Below, piece after piece: positions 8,776 through 16,482 of a stretch of DNA of 20,000 nucleotides. The translations under genes and the position numbers were made by a program. Source of the stretch: an uncultured virus (IMG/VR IMGVR_UViG_3300029951_000024) (lineage: Duplodnaviria; Heunggongvirae; Uroviricota; Caudoviricetes); the IMG/VR virus record IMGVR_UViG_3300029951_000024; one strand, given 5' to 3'. Position 1 is the stretch's first letter; the number at the start of each line of letters is the position of its first letter. The notes under the pieces were generated by a model. It worked only from the letters and a program-made list of their open reading frames with translations. It did no database searches and was not told the origin of the DNA.

Positions 8776-9141
8776 TTACTTGTGCGTGCGCTGCTGCAGC
8801 TCGGCTAGCAGCTGGTCTAGGACTGAGCCGCCGGCGCGCACAGTGGTGGGCAGCCCGATGCCGTATTGCAGCCACACCGTGCGGATGCCCAGCGCGTCCG
8901 CGATTATCCCCGCATAGGAGCCTTTTTGCAGGTTATCCCTATCGTTGATGTAGTTGGTGATAGAGGTCTGCCCGGGAGCGACCCCTGGCACGCCTTGGGC
9001 GATCCGTCGGCACTCTTCTAGTAGTACCGCCTGAGTCCGGATTGTGGCATGTGAGGCGAGCACGTCCCGCAGCCGCTGATTGGCAGTCTTGCCATCAGGT
9101 CCGACAGGGAAGGGCTCCTTCTGTCGTTTCTCAGTCGCCAT
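8776..9141 (-). CDS. CI-like XRE HTH repressor, 121 aa, with no S24 peptidase domain
   Basis: NQRLR...TQAVL...GQTSITNY...IADALGIRTVWLQYGIG; divergent from the Cro-like gene across the operators. Confidence 0.8.
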   Translation of the reverse strand: MATEKRQKEPFPVGPDGKTANQRLRDVLASHATIRTQAVLLEECRRIAQGVPGVAPGQTSITNYINDRDNLQKGSYAGIIADALGIRTVWLQYGIGLPTTVRAGGSVLDQLLAELQQRTHK

Positions 9142-9177
9142 CTCAATAACTGCCGGTAAACCCAAGCGGCTCACCGT

Positions 9178-9256
9178 ATCAGTCGACTCATAGGCTGTCA
9201 CGTTTGCGTTCACTTCAGCATACTCATTGCACTGCGCATGAGTATGCTGATAGTCT
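9178..9256 (+). promoter_or_regulatory. oR/pR: three 14-bp operators and a rightward promoter
   Basis: ATCAGTCGACTCAT (9178-9191), TTCAGCATACTCAT (9214-9227) and ATGAGTATGCTGAT (9238-9251). TTGCAC-N18-TAGTCT spans 9227-9256. Confidence 0.85.
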
Positions 9257-9264
9257 CGCAGCCT

Positions 9265-9573
9265 ATGAAGACTAAACTCAAGAACATCGCACCCACCCGG
9301 GAGCCGGACCACTCTGGTGAACCGGCCCACGTTCGCGCACTCCGGGACGCTGTCGAACACGGTGGCGGGAGCCAAGTCGCGCTGTCTGAAGGCATCGCGG
9401 CGTTCATGAAGCGCCCGGCGTTCGGGCAAAGCACTATCTCGTATTGGCTGTCCGCCCAGACACTTCTCGAAGCGAAGTGGTGGCCAGCGATCGAACACTG
9501 CACTAAAGGCAGAGTTACCCGCGAACAGCTGCGTCCCGATGTTTTCGGCAAGCAGCGCCGGCGGGCGGCCTGA
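9265..9573 (+). CDS. Cro-like / YdaS-family HTH regulator
   Basis: ALRDAV..GGGSQVAL...QSTISYWL...IEHCTKGRVTREQLRPDVFG signature. Confidence 0.88.
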   Translation: MKTKLKNIAPTREPDHSGEPAHVRALRDAVEHGGGSQVALSEGIAAFMKRPAFGQSTISYWLSAQTLLEAKWWPAIEHCTKGRVTREQLRPDVFGKQRRRAA

Positions 9574-9908
9574 ATCGTGGGGGCTGGCGTGAACGGGCAG
9601 GTCATCCCACCTGCGGCCGTAGGGGCTGAGTCTTCGCTCCTGCAATTTCTTATATCCATCCGTGGCGCAGTGAGTGCGGATGCTGCGCCACAGCAGAGCA
9701 GTGCGGACCGTGCGCACGTCACAAAAGTGACAACGATTGCCATTTCAGCTGAAACACAAAACCTGTCGCGCAGCTTTCCGGCGCTGAAAACAATTCGTAG
9801 CAAGGGGGATGCGAGGCTCATGGTTGAGGATTTGAACATTTCGCAACCATGTGTGCTTGCGAGAAAGTCGCATCTAGTCGCAGCACATATTGATATCCGG
9901 TGCGCGAC

Positions 9909-10310
9909 GTGACCGTCGCTCTGCGATCACTCAATGGCGCCACTCCCGAGAGCATCTTGGAAGTGCACACGGCCCTTATAGATCGGCTCGGCCGCAAGTT
10001 TGTCGCGAACAAACTCTGGCCGCACAAGGATATCGGCAGCGCCACACGCTACCTCTCCGATTGCCTCAATCCGAATCGCGAGCACTGCATCGGTGTTGAG
10101 CGCAGCCACCAGCTCAAGAAGCTCGCCGCAGAGCGCGGAATTCACAGCGCATTTGAATGGGAGGCCATCGACCTGGGCTATTCGGCTCCCGTCTATATAG
10201 AGGTGGATCCCATCAAGGCGGAACTCCGCCGCAGGCTCGATGACGCAGAACGCACGGTGGCGGAACTGCGTAACCAACTCACAGAAACACTCTCGGTACT
10301 AACGCGATGA
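9909..10310 (+). CDS. Putative CII-like regulator
   Basis: Position after cro; ESI...G.K.VA..LWP.K...A...LSDCLNPNR...GY..P pattern; C-terminal coiled coil. Confidence 0.55.
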   Translation: MTVALRSLNGATPESILEVHTALIDRLGRKFVANKLWPHKDIGSATRYLSDCLNPNREHCIGVERSHQLKKLAAERGIHSAFEWEAIDLGYSAPVYIEVDPIKAELRRRLDDAERTVAELRNQLTETLSVLTR

Positions 10311-10495
10311 AAGACCGCGACCCATCAATCGAATTGCCGCCGCGCATCTCGCGTTGCCGCTGCATCGGTCCGCACTGCGCAGGGTGCGGCTCACATTTCA
10401 AACCGCACCCGACGCAGCCGCAGTACTGCGCCGAGTGCATTTCCTGGGGAAACAATCCTATGACCGCAGACACGCAGGGCGCCGGAGCGCCATGA
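10307..10495 (+). CDS. Small Zn-finger protein
   Basis: CAGCGSHF...YCAEC; ATGA overlaps at both ends. Confidence 0.6.
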   Translation: MKDRDPSIELPPRISRCRCIGPHCAGCGSHFKPHPTQPQYCAECISWGNNPMTADTQGAGAP

Positions 10496-11310
10496 AGTTT
10501 CATCGCTATTCGGAGATATTCCCGCTGATCGAAGGACAGGCCTTCGATGACTTGGTGCTCGACATCAAGATGAACGGGCAGAAGGAAAAAATCTGGCTGT
10601 ATGAGGGGAAGATCCTCGACGGTCGCAACCGCTACCTCGCGTGCCAGCGCGCGAAGGTGAAGCCGCAGACGAAGACCTACCACGGCAAAGAGCCGCTGAA
10701 ATTCGTGCTGTCGCTCAACATGCATCGTCGGCACTTGAATGAGAGCCAGCGCGCCATGGTGGCCGCTCGCCTCACGCAGATTGAGGCTGAAGACCGCAAG
10801 GCAGGTGCGCCAATTGGCGCAGGTGCTCTGTCTCAGTCCGATGCCGCCACCACCATGAATGTCGGCCGCCGCTCAGTGCAGCGGGCGGCGCAGGTGCAGG
10901 AAAAAGGCAGCAAGCAGCTTCAGGACGCCGTCGACGCCGGCGAGCTGTCGGTATCGAAAGCCGCCGCAGTACTCGACCGCCCCAAGGGTCAGCAGCTGGC
11001 GGCCGCGAAGGAGCCTACGCCAGCGCCGGAGGCTCCGAATCTCAACGAGGGATGGGTGCCTGAGCACGACGAGGATGCGTACCTCGCGGGACTGGAGAAG
11101 GAATACGCCGCATCGATCGATCGGATCATGGGCGCCGACGACAAGTTGAAGGCGGCCCACGAAGAGCTGAAGCGGCAAGCGGCTCAGATCGCGCAGCTGA
11201 AACTATCCCGCGATGGTTTCCAGAATGAACGTCTCGAGGCCATCCGGCTGGTCAAGCAGCTGCGCCGCGAGAACGACGGTCTCAAACGCAAACTCGACAA
11301 GGCGGCTTAA
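10492..11310 (+). CDS. ParB/Srx-like N-terminal domain protein with HTH and coiled coil
   Basis: IFPLI...LVLDIK.NG....I.L..GKILDGRNRYLAC, SLNMHRRHLNESQRA and HTH LSQSDAATTMNVGRRSVQRA. Confidence 0.85.
   Translation: MKFHRYSEIFPLIEGQAFDDLVLDIKMNGQKEKIWLYEGKILDGRNRYLACQRAKVKPQTKTYHGKEPLKFVLSLNMHRRHLNESQRAMVAARLTQIEAEDRKAGAPIGAGALSQSDAATTMNVGRRSVQRAAQVQEKGSKQLQDAVDAGELSVSKAAAVLDRPKGQQLAAAKEPTPAPEAPNLNEGWVPEHDEDAYLAGLEKEYAASIDRIMGADDKLKAAHEELKRQAAQIAQLKLSRDGFQNERLEAIRLVKQLRRENDGLKRKLDKAA
10799..10821. repeat. Copy 2 of the 23-bp element, with the perfect 16-bp palindrome TGCGCCAATTGGCGCA at 10806-10821
   Basis: Read directly; encodes AGAPIGA immediately before the HTH. Confidence 0.95.
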
Positions 11311-11313
11311 CCC

Positions 11314-12891
11314 ATGGAAAGCCAGCATCTGTTTCTGCCGGCCACCAGTGCCAACTACTCCAGCACCAGCTTCCCGTCGCCGCGTGACTTCCAGGTCACC
11401 GCGCACGAGAAGCTGCGTGACGGCGTACGCAACAAGCACCGCAAGCAGCTGCTGGTGGCGCCCACGGGCTCAGGCAAGACATACCTGGGCCTGCGGGCGT
11501 CGCATGAGGCATTGATTAAGGGGCGCCGTGCGCTGTTCGTCTGTGACCGCACTGCGCTGATCGACCAAACTAGCAAGCGTGCCGATGAGTACGGGCTCAC
11601 GGCACACGGCATCGTCCAGGCGAATCACTGGCGGCGCGACAAGTCGCAGCCGTTCCAGATCGCCAGCATCCAGACCATCGGCGCCCGCGGCTTCTGGCCC
11701 GATGCCGATGTCATCATCATCGATGAGGCTCACACGCAGTACAGCACCTGGGTGGAGCATCTGAAGACCACCAAGGCGGCCGTCATCGGGCTGACCGCCA
11801 CGCCGTGCTCGAAGGGCCTTGGGCATAGCTTCTCGAACATGGTCAATGCAGCGACCATGAATGAACTGACCCTGGCGGGCGTGCTGGTCCCAATGCGGAT
11901 CATGTCGTGCACGAAGCCCGACATGGCCGGCGCGCAGACCAATAGCGTCGGGGAGTGGACCGAGAAGGCCGCATCGCAGCGTGAGGCGATGATCCTCGGG
12001 GATGTGGTCTCCGAATGGAGCAACTACGCTGCCGACATCCGCAAGACGATCGCCTTCGGTCCGGACATCGCCTACTGCCACCAGCTCGCGCAGCGCTTCA
12101 ATGAGGCGGGCATCCCGGCTGATGTGTTCACGTCAGAGACCAAGCCCGCCGAGCGGGAGTATCTGCTGGCGGAGTACAGCAAGCCGAATCCAAAGATGCG
12201 CGTGCTGGTCAGCGTGGAGGCCTTAGCGAAGGGCTTCGACGTGCCGGACATCGGGTGCGTCATTGATGCGCGGCCGCTGCGCAAGTCGCTGTCCACCGCG
12301 ATCCAGATGTGGGGCCGTGGCCTGCGGTCATCGCCCGACACCGGCAAGACCGAGTGCCTGCTGCTAGACCACAGCGGCAACATCCAGCGGTTCTACAAAG
12401 ACTTCATCGACGTGTACTTCAATGGCTTCCATAGCCTCGACATGGCTGAGCAGCTGGACGGCAAGGTCCGCAAGGATGATGAGGAATTCGAGCCGGCCGG
12501 GTGCCCGACGTGCGGCCACAAGCCGTTCCTGCGCCGCTGCATGGCCTGTGGCTATGAAAAGCCCACCATGGTCTTCGAGGACTCCAAGGCCGGCGAAATG
12601 CGGGAAATACGCATCGGCAAGAACGTCATCGCATCCGACCAGGTCAATCTATGGCAGCAGCTGTGCGCATACGTGCGCGGCCACGGCAACCCGGACAATC
12701 AGAGCAACCGAGCCCGGGCGATCTTCAAAGACATCACCGGGGACTGGCCGACTCGCGACTGGAGTTTCAGCGCAACCGAAAATGCGCCCATCAGTCACGG
12801 GACGCTGAGCAAGATCAAGTCGCTCAACCTGCGGTTTCGCAAGGGGAATGAGAAGAAGGCGCGGCTCGCGGCGGAGGCTCGCGCTTCGTGA
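11314..12891 (+). CDS. SF2 DEAH-box helicase (RadD/YejH-like) with C-terminal Zn finger
   Basis: APTGSGKT, IIDEAH, GLTATP, GFDVP, QMWGRGLR and CPTC...CMAC motifs. Confidence 0.95.
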   Translation: MESQHLFLPATSANYSSTSFPSPRDFQVTAHEKLRDGVRNKHRKQLLVAPTGSGKTYLGLRASHEALIKGRRALFVCDRTALIDQTSKRADEYGLTAHGIVQANHWRRDKSQPFQIASIQTIGARGFWPDADVIIIDEAHTQYSTWVEHLKTTKAAVIGLTATPCSKGLGHSFSNMVNAATMNELTLAGVLVPMRIMSCTKPDMAGAQTNSVGEWTEKAASQREAMILGDVVSEWSNYAADIRKTIAFGPDIAYCHQLAQRFNEAGIPADVFTSETKPAEREYLLAEYSKPNPKMRVLVSVEALAKGFDVPDIGCVIDARPLRKSLSTAIQMWGRGLRSSPDTGKTECLLLDHSGNIQRFYKDFIDVYFNGFHSLDMAEQLDGKVRKDDEEFEPAGCPTCGHKPFLRRCMACGYEKPTMVFEDSKAGEMREIRIGKNVIASDQVNLWQQLCAYVRGHGNPDNQSNRARAIFKDITGDWPTRDWSFSATENAPISHGTLSKIKSLNLRFRKGNEKKARLAAEARAS

Positions 12892-13754
12892 CACTGGCGG
12901 AGACTCTGGCCACGTTCGGCATGACGCCGCCGCGGCATTTCCCAATCGGGCGCTTCGTGCGATTCCCCGGCGCTGGCAAGGGCCAGGGGAACAAGGCCGG
13001 CTGGGCGAAGCTCTTCACGCCGGACGTTGCGGTGTGGGGGGACTTCTCCAGCGGCCAGGGCGAGGCAAACGTGTGGACCAGCGATCGGCACGTAGACCCT
13101 GCCGAGGCAGCTCGCGTCCTTCGCGAAGCGCGCGAGCAAATGCGTCGCGCTGCCCAAGCGACGCGACGGGATCAAGAGAAGGTTGCCCGCGCGGCCAGTC
13201 AGCTGATTGCCGGCTCGAAGCTCTCAAGTCATGCCTATCTGGTCAAGAAGGGGTTCCCGGACCTCAGAGCGCTGGTGAGCGGCACGAACCTGATCGTTCC
13301 GATGCGCGACGTGGCGGACTATTCGCGCGTGCTGTCGGTGCAGACGATCTCAGAGGCCGGCGAGAAGTTGTTCCTGAGAGGCGGCCGCACGGCTGGCGCC
13401 GTCTTCCGCATGGGCGCCACGGAGAAGGCAGCGGACCGCAGCGTGCTGTGCGAGGGATACGCCACTGGCTTGACGCTCATTGAAGCCCTGCAGCGCCTGA
13501 GAGGGCGCCCGACAGTGATTGTGTGCTTCAGCGCAGCGAACCTCGAACGGGTCGCCAAGCATTTCCCTGGCGCCTTCGTGGCGGCCGACAACGATCACCC
13601 AAATAAGCTGACCGGCGTTAAGGCCGGCGAGGCAGCGGCGATCGCCACCGGACTCAAATGGTCGATGCCACCGACGATCGGCACCGACTTCAACGACATG
13701 CACCAGTCAGAAGGCATTCACGCAGTGGTGGAGGTTCTACGCACGGCCTTTTAA
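12888..13754 (+). CDS. Toprim-domain DNA primase-like protein
   Basis: LCEGYATG, FSAANL, AADND and GTDFND motifs; GTGA overlap with the helicase. Confidence 0.9.
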   Translation: MTLAETLATFGMTPPRHFPIGRFVRFPGAGKGQGNKAGWAKLFTPDVAVWGDFSSGQGEANVWTSDRHVDPAEAARVLREAREQMRRAAQATRRDQEKVARAASQLIAGSKLSSHAYLVKKGFPDLRALVSGTNLIVPMRDVADYSRVLSVQTISEAGEKLFLRGGRTAGAVFRMGATEKAADRSVLCEGYATGLTLIEALQRLRGRPTVIVCFSAANLERVAKHFPGAFVAADNDHPNKLTGVKAGEAAAIATGLKWSMPPTIGTDFNDMHQSEGIHAVVEVLRTAF

Positions 13755-13770
13755 CACGCAGATCAATGCA

Positions 13771-14071
13771 CGACGGGGGGCGGGCTAACGTAACACCAGC
13801 CCCGTCGGAAGAGTCCGCTACTGGGGGTCAGACACTGAAACAGCGGAGAAGGGTGGCGAAGCTAGCGCCCTTGTGTCGAACGGCTGGCGGGTCATGCGGC
13901 TCCGGGAGGCATGTGAAGGTGGACTCAGCGTCTTAGGAGGCTGGGTCCGCCCACCAAGAGGGCATAGAGGGGAAGGTCCGAACGGTAAGGAGAGTTGAGT
14001 AGCAGTTCTTCTCAAGAGTTAGTTCTCCTAATAGGGGAAAAGCCCGGCCAGCTCATAACTGGACCGGGCTT
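13771..14071 (+). other. Structured non-coding element (candidate ncRNA or ssDNA replication origin)
   Basis: At least six consecutive stems in a 360-bp gap between tightly coupled genes (see findings). Confidence 0.65.
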
Positions 14072-14114
14072 GGGAACGCAGTACAGACACATGGATAGAT
14101 GGGGAGTCCATCCA

Positions 14115-14429
14115 ATGACGACAAGGTACGAGGCGCCTCAGACGGCGCGTGTCAGCAAGCTCGAATACTTCGTGTCGGATCGTTCCGGCGCGGAGCTTAC
14201 GTTCAAGCGCGTCTCAATCGACGTGCTGGCCTCGGTGTGCGGCCGCTACCGCATCGTGCGCTCGCCGCTCGGCGGTGGCGACCTGAGCTTCGAGGGCATG
14301 TACGGCGCGGAGTGCGTGGCCTTCGAGGTCTCCGATGCGGAATCGACACGGCTGGCGATCGCGGCCGTGAAGAGGGACTGCATGTATCACGCGGCCCGGC
14401 TGGCGCGCGCCGCGGTGATAGCGGCATGA
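14115..14429 (+). CDS. Hypothetical protein
   Basis: GGGGAG RBS, ATG 14115, coupled to the next ORF. Confidence 0.6.
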   Translation: MTTRYEAPQTARVSKLEYFVSDRSGAELTFKRVSIDVLASVCGRYRIVRSPLGGGDLSFEGMYGAECVAFEVSDAESTRLAIAAVKRDCMYHAARLARAAVIAA

Positions 14430-14701
14430 CTCAACGGCAACAGCTCGGCGAACCGCGCAAGGCGGGCTGGGTGGCAGCAGCGAGGGTGTGCGAAACCGTT
14501 GATGGCCTGGAGGTTTGCTTCTGGGAGTACTGGACCGGGGAGTTCGGCGAGCGTGGCGGCCCATCCCGCACGCGCTGGCGCGGGCTCGCGCATCACTGGC
14601 CCTATGCCCGGGAAGGCTATGCGTACCTCGGCTGGAACAGCCACCTGTTCGATAAAGACCAGTGGAAAGTGATTGAGTCAAAACCCGGGGAGGATCGATG
14701 A
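14426..14701 (+). CDS. Trp-rich hypothetical protein
   Basis: ATGA overlaps at both ends. Confidence 0.55.
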   Translation: MTQRQQLGEPRKAGWVAAARVCETVDGLEVCFWEYWTGEFGERGGPSRTRWRGLAHHWPYAREGYAYLGWNSHLFDKDQWKVIESKPGEDR

Positions 14702-14880
14702 AAGCGACCGTGGAATTCAGTTACGGCATTGGCACGCGCGTAACGATCAAGGACATCGGGCTGCGCGGCACGGTCATCGCGATGCTTTTCAATGCGCAGG
14801 GTCCCCAATATCAGGTCACGTGGTTTAGCGACAGCCAGCGGCGCTGTGAGTGGCTGTTTGAGTTCGAGGTCACGCCATGA
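14698..14880 (+). CDS. Small beta-barrel-like protein (YodC/DUF2158-like)
   Basis: GTRVTIK....RGTVIAM......YQVTWF......EWLFEFEV. Confidence 0.55.
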   Translation: MKATVEFSYGIGTRVTIKDIGLRGTVIAMLFNAQGPQYQVTWFSDSQRRCEWLFEFEVTP

Positions 14881-15491
14881 GCCGCTACGGATCAATCAAT
14901 GACCTGCCGCCGCACTTGCGAGAGCAAGCGGCTGCGCAGCTGGATCCCGCGGCCGCGTTCATCAAGCCTGTCGCGATCGACAACAGCGCCCTTATAGATC
15001 ATGCGTTCGCAACCGGCGTGAAAGATGCGATCGCGAAGGTTGAGACGATGGTCAATACCTTCCGCATCAAGCTGGCCCCGATGGGCCCCATGACCATCAA
15101 GCTGGGTTCCGCCCCGCCGCCGAAGCGCCGCAAGTACGGCAATGAGCCGGAGGTGGTCGACGGCCACACGTTCGCCTCGAAGTGGGAGGCGCAGCGCTAC
15201 AGGGAGCTGCGCAACCAGGTCCTGCTTGGCCAGATCCACAGCCTCACGCTCCAGCCGGAATTCGCCCTGGAGGCCTGGACCACTCAGGGTCCGGTGCGCA
15301 TCGGCGCCTACATCGCGGACTTCACCTACTGGCGCCACGTGCCGAACAGCAAGCATGTCTTCGTGGTCGAGGACTGCAAGTCGATCGCCACGAAGCGCGA
15401 CAAGGTCTACGTCTGGAAGCGCCGCCACCTGGAAGCCCAGTACGGCGTGACCATCACCGAAGTTGAACGTCAAAGGAAACGAAAATCATGA
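14877..15491 (+). CDS. DUF1064-family PD-(D/E)xK nuclease
   Basis: KYGN....VDGHTFASKWEA.RY..L...LQPEF.L...YIADFTY...VVEDCKS. Confidence 0.88.
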   Translation: MSRYGSINDLPPHLREQAAAQLDPAAAFIKPVAIDNSALIDHAFATGVKDAIAKVETMVNTFRIKLAPMGPMTIKLGSAPPPKRRKYGNEPEVVDGHTFASKWEAQRYRELRNQVLLGQIHSLTLQPEFALEAWTTQGPVRIGAYIADFTYWRHVPNSKHVFVVEDCKSIATKRDKVYVWKRRHLEAQYGVTITEVERQRKRKS

Positions 15492-15772
15492 GAGGAATCC
15501 CGCCCCCACAGCCACTCCCGGATCCGAAGGTGACCGAGGCGCGCGCCACCATCGCGCGCGCTGTCGGCTCCCTACGCGATGAGGACGCGCTCGCCCTGGC
15601 TGACCATCTGAAGCGCCAGGACCGCGACACACTGATGGCTGGCGTGACATCGCGGCCAGTGGAGTGCGGCGAGGAAGTGCTGGTTCGCCACGGCGAATGG
15701 TTCCAGGCGGCCCGCTGTAACAAGCGAGTAGGGCACGCCGGCGGCCACGATTTCATTGGGGAGGTCCTATGA
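15488..15772 (+). CDS. Hypothetical protein with a C-terminal C...C...GH.G.H motif
   Basis: ATGA-coupled; ends in RCNKRVGHAGGH. Confidence 0.6.
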   Translation: MRGIPPPQPLPDPKVTEARATIARAVGSLRDEDALALADHLKRQDRDTLMAGVTSRPVECGEEVLVRHGEWFQAARCNKRVGHAGGHDFIGEVL

Positions 15773-16191
15773 AAGAGGTTGCTCAATTCGCAGCATCGGT
15801 TGTGCTCGCTGCGATCCTGTTCGCCTTGGGCTACTACGTCATGGAGCTGCGCACCGACAATTTGGTGTTGATCGCAGAGGTGCACAGGCTCCAGGCCGAC
15901 CAAGCGCATGACGCGGCCATCGCAACCAACGCTGCGATCGTGGCCGCTGATGAAGCGCGCAAGCTGGTCCCGGACTGCCCCGCTGTCGACAATCACCCGG
16001 ACCGACCGATGGCTGTGGGCTGGCATTTCGAGCCGGTGTGTGGCCAGTTCGCCCTGGATCTTCTGAGGCTCAGCCTCACGAGCTTCACCAATGGCGACGG
16101 CGAGCTGTGCGAGCCGATGTACGACTGGGCCGCCCTCAGTGTTGAGGGAATGATGTGCAAGGGGGGGGGCGATGAACCGACGCCGCGTTAA
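15769..16191 (+). CDS. Protein with an N-terminal transmembrane anchor
   Basis: FAASVVLAAILFALGYYV; GGAGG RBS. Confidence 0.6.
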   Translation: MKEVAQFAASVVLAAILFALGYYVMELRTDNLVLIAEVHRLQADQAHDAAIATNAAIVAADEARKLVPDCPAVDNHPDRPMAVGWHFEPVCGQFALDLLRLSLTSFTNGDGELCEPMYDWAALSVEGMMCKGGGDEPTPR

Positions 16192-16372
16192 AGGCCTGGA
16201 GGTAACCGTCCGGATCCGGTGCCCGAAACATCCATCGTACATGGCGCAGAGGCGGCCGAACGGCTGCTGTTCGGCTTGTAGCCAGGTGTGGCAGTTACTG
16301 GGGCAGCTGCGGCATTCGATGCCTTCATCCGGCGGCCCGGTGCGCAGTCTAAGCGTGAGGTATCAGCGATGA
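16172..16372 (+). CDS. Small basic Cys-rich protein
   Basis: RCPKHPSY...CCSAC. Confidence 0.55.
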   Translation: MNRRRVKGLEVTVRIRCPKHPSYMAQRRPNGCCSACSQVWQLLGQLRHSMPSSGGPVRSLSVRYQR

Positions 16373-16482
16373 TTCAGCAGATTGCATACGCCGCAGCTGT
16401 GGTCTGCATCGGCGTGACCGCGCTCATGGTCGCCGCGGCGCTCGCCGTCATCACATACCGACTGTACAGGGGAGAGCGATGA
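16369..16482 (+). CDS. Small membrane peptide (37 aa)
   Basis: MIQQIAYAAAVVCIGVTALMVAAALAVITYRLYRGER; GAGG RBS; ATGA overlaps. Confidence 0.55.
   Translation: MIQQIAYAAAVVCIGVTALMVAAALAVITYRLYRGER

Noticed and set aside
9142..9717. 313-aa long form of the repressor ORF
   Set aside because: The extension runs antisense through cro and the operators; the HTH begins after ATG 9141.
9577..9912. 111-aa ORF after cro
   Set aside because: No RBS or recognisable motif and the DNA is palindrome-rich. Not fully excluded because its stop overlaps the next GTG.
13658..14114. ORFs crossing the post-primase gap
   Set aside because: No RBS or coupling and low plausibility; secondary structure explains the region better.
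15454..16242. 262-aa minus-strand ORF
   Set aside because: Antisense to coupled plus-strand genes and no motifs.
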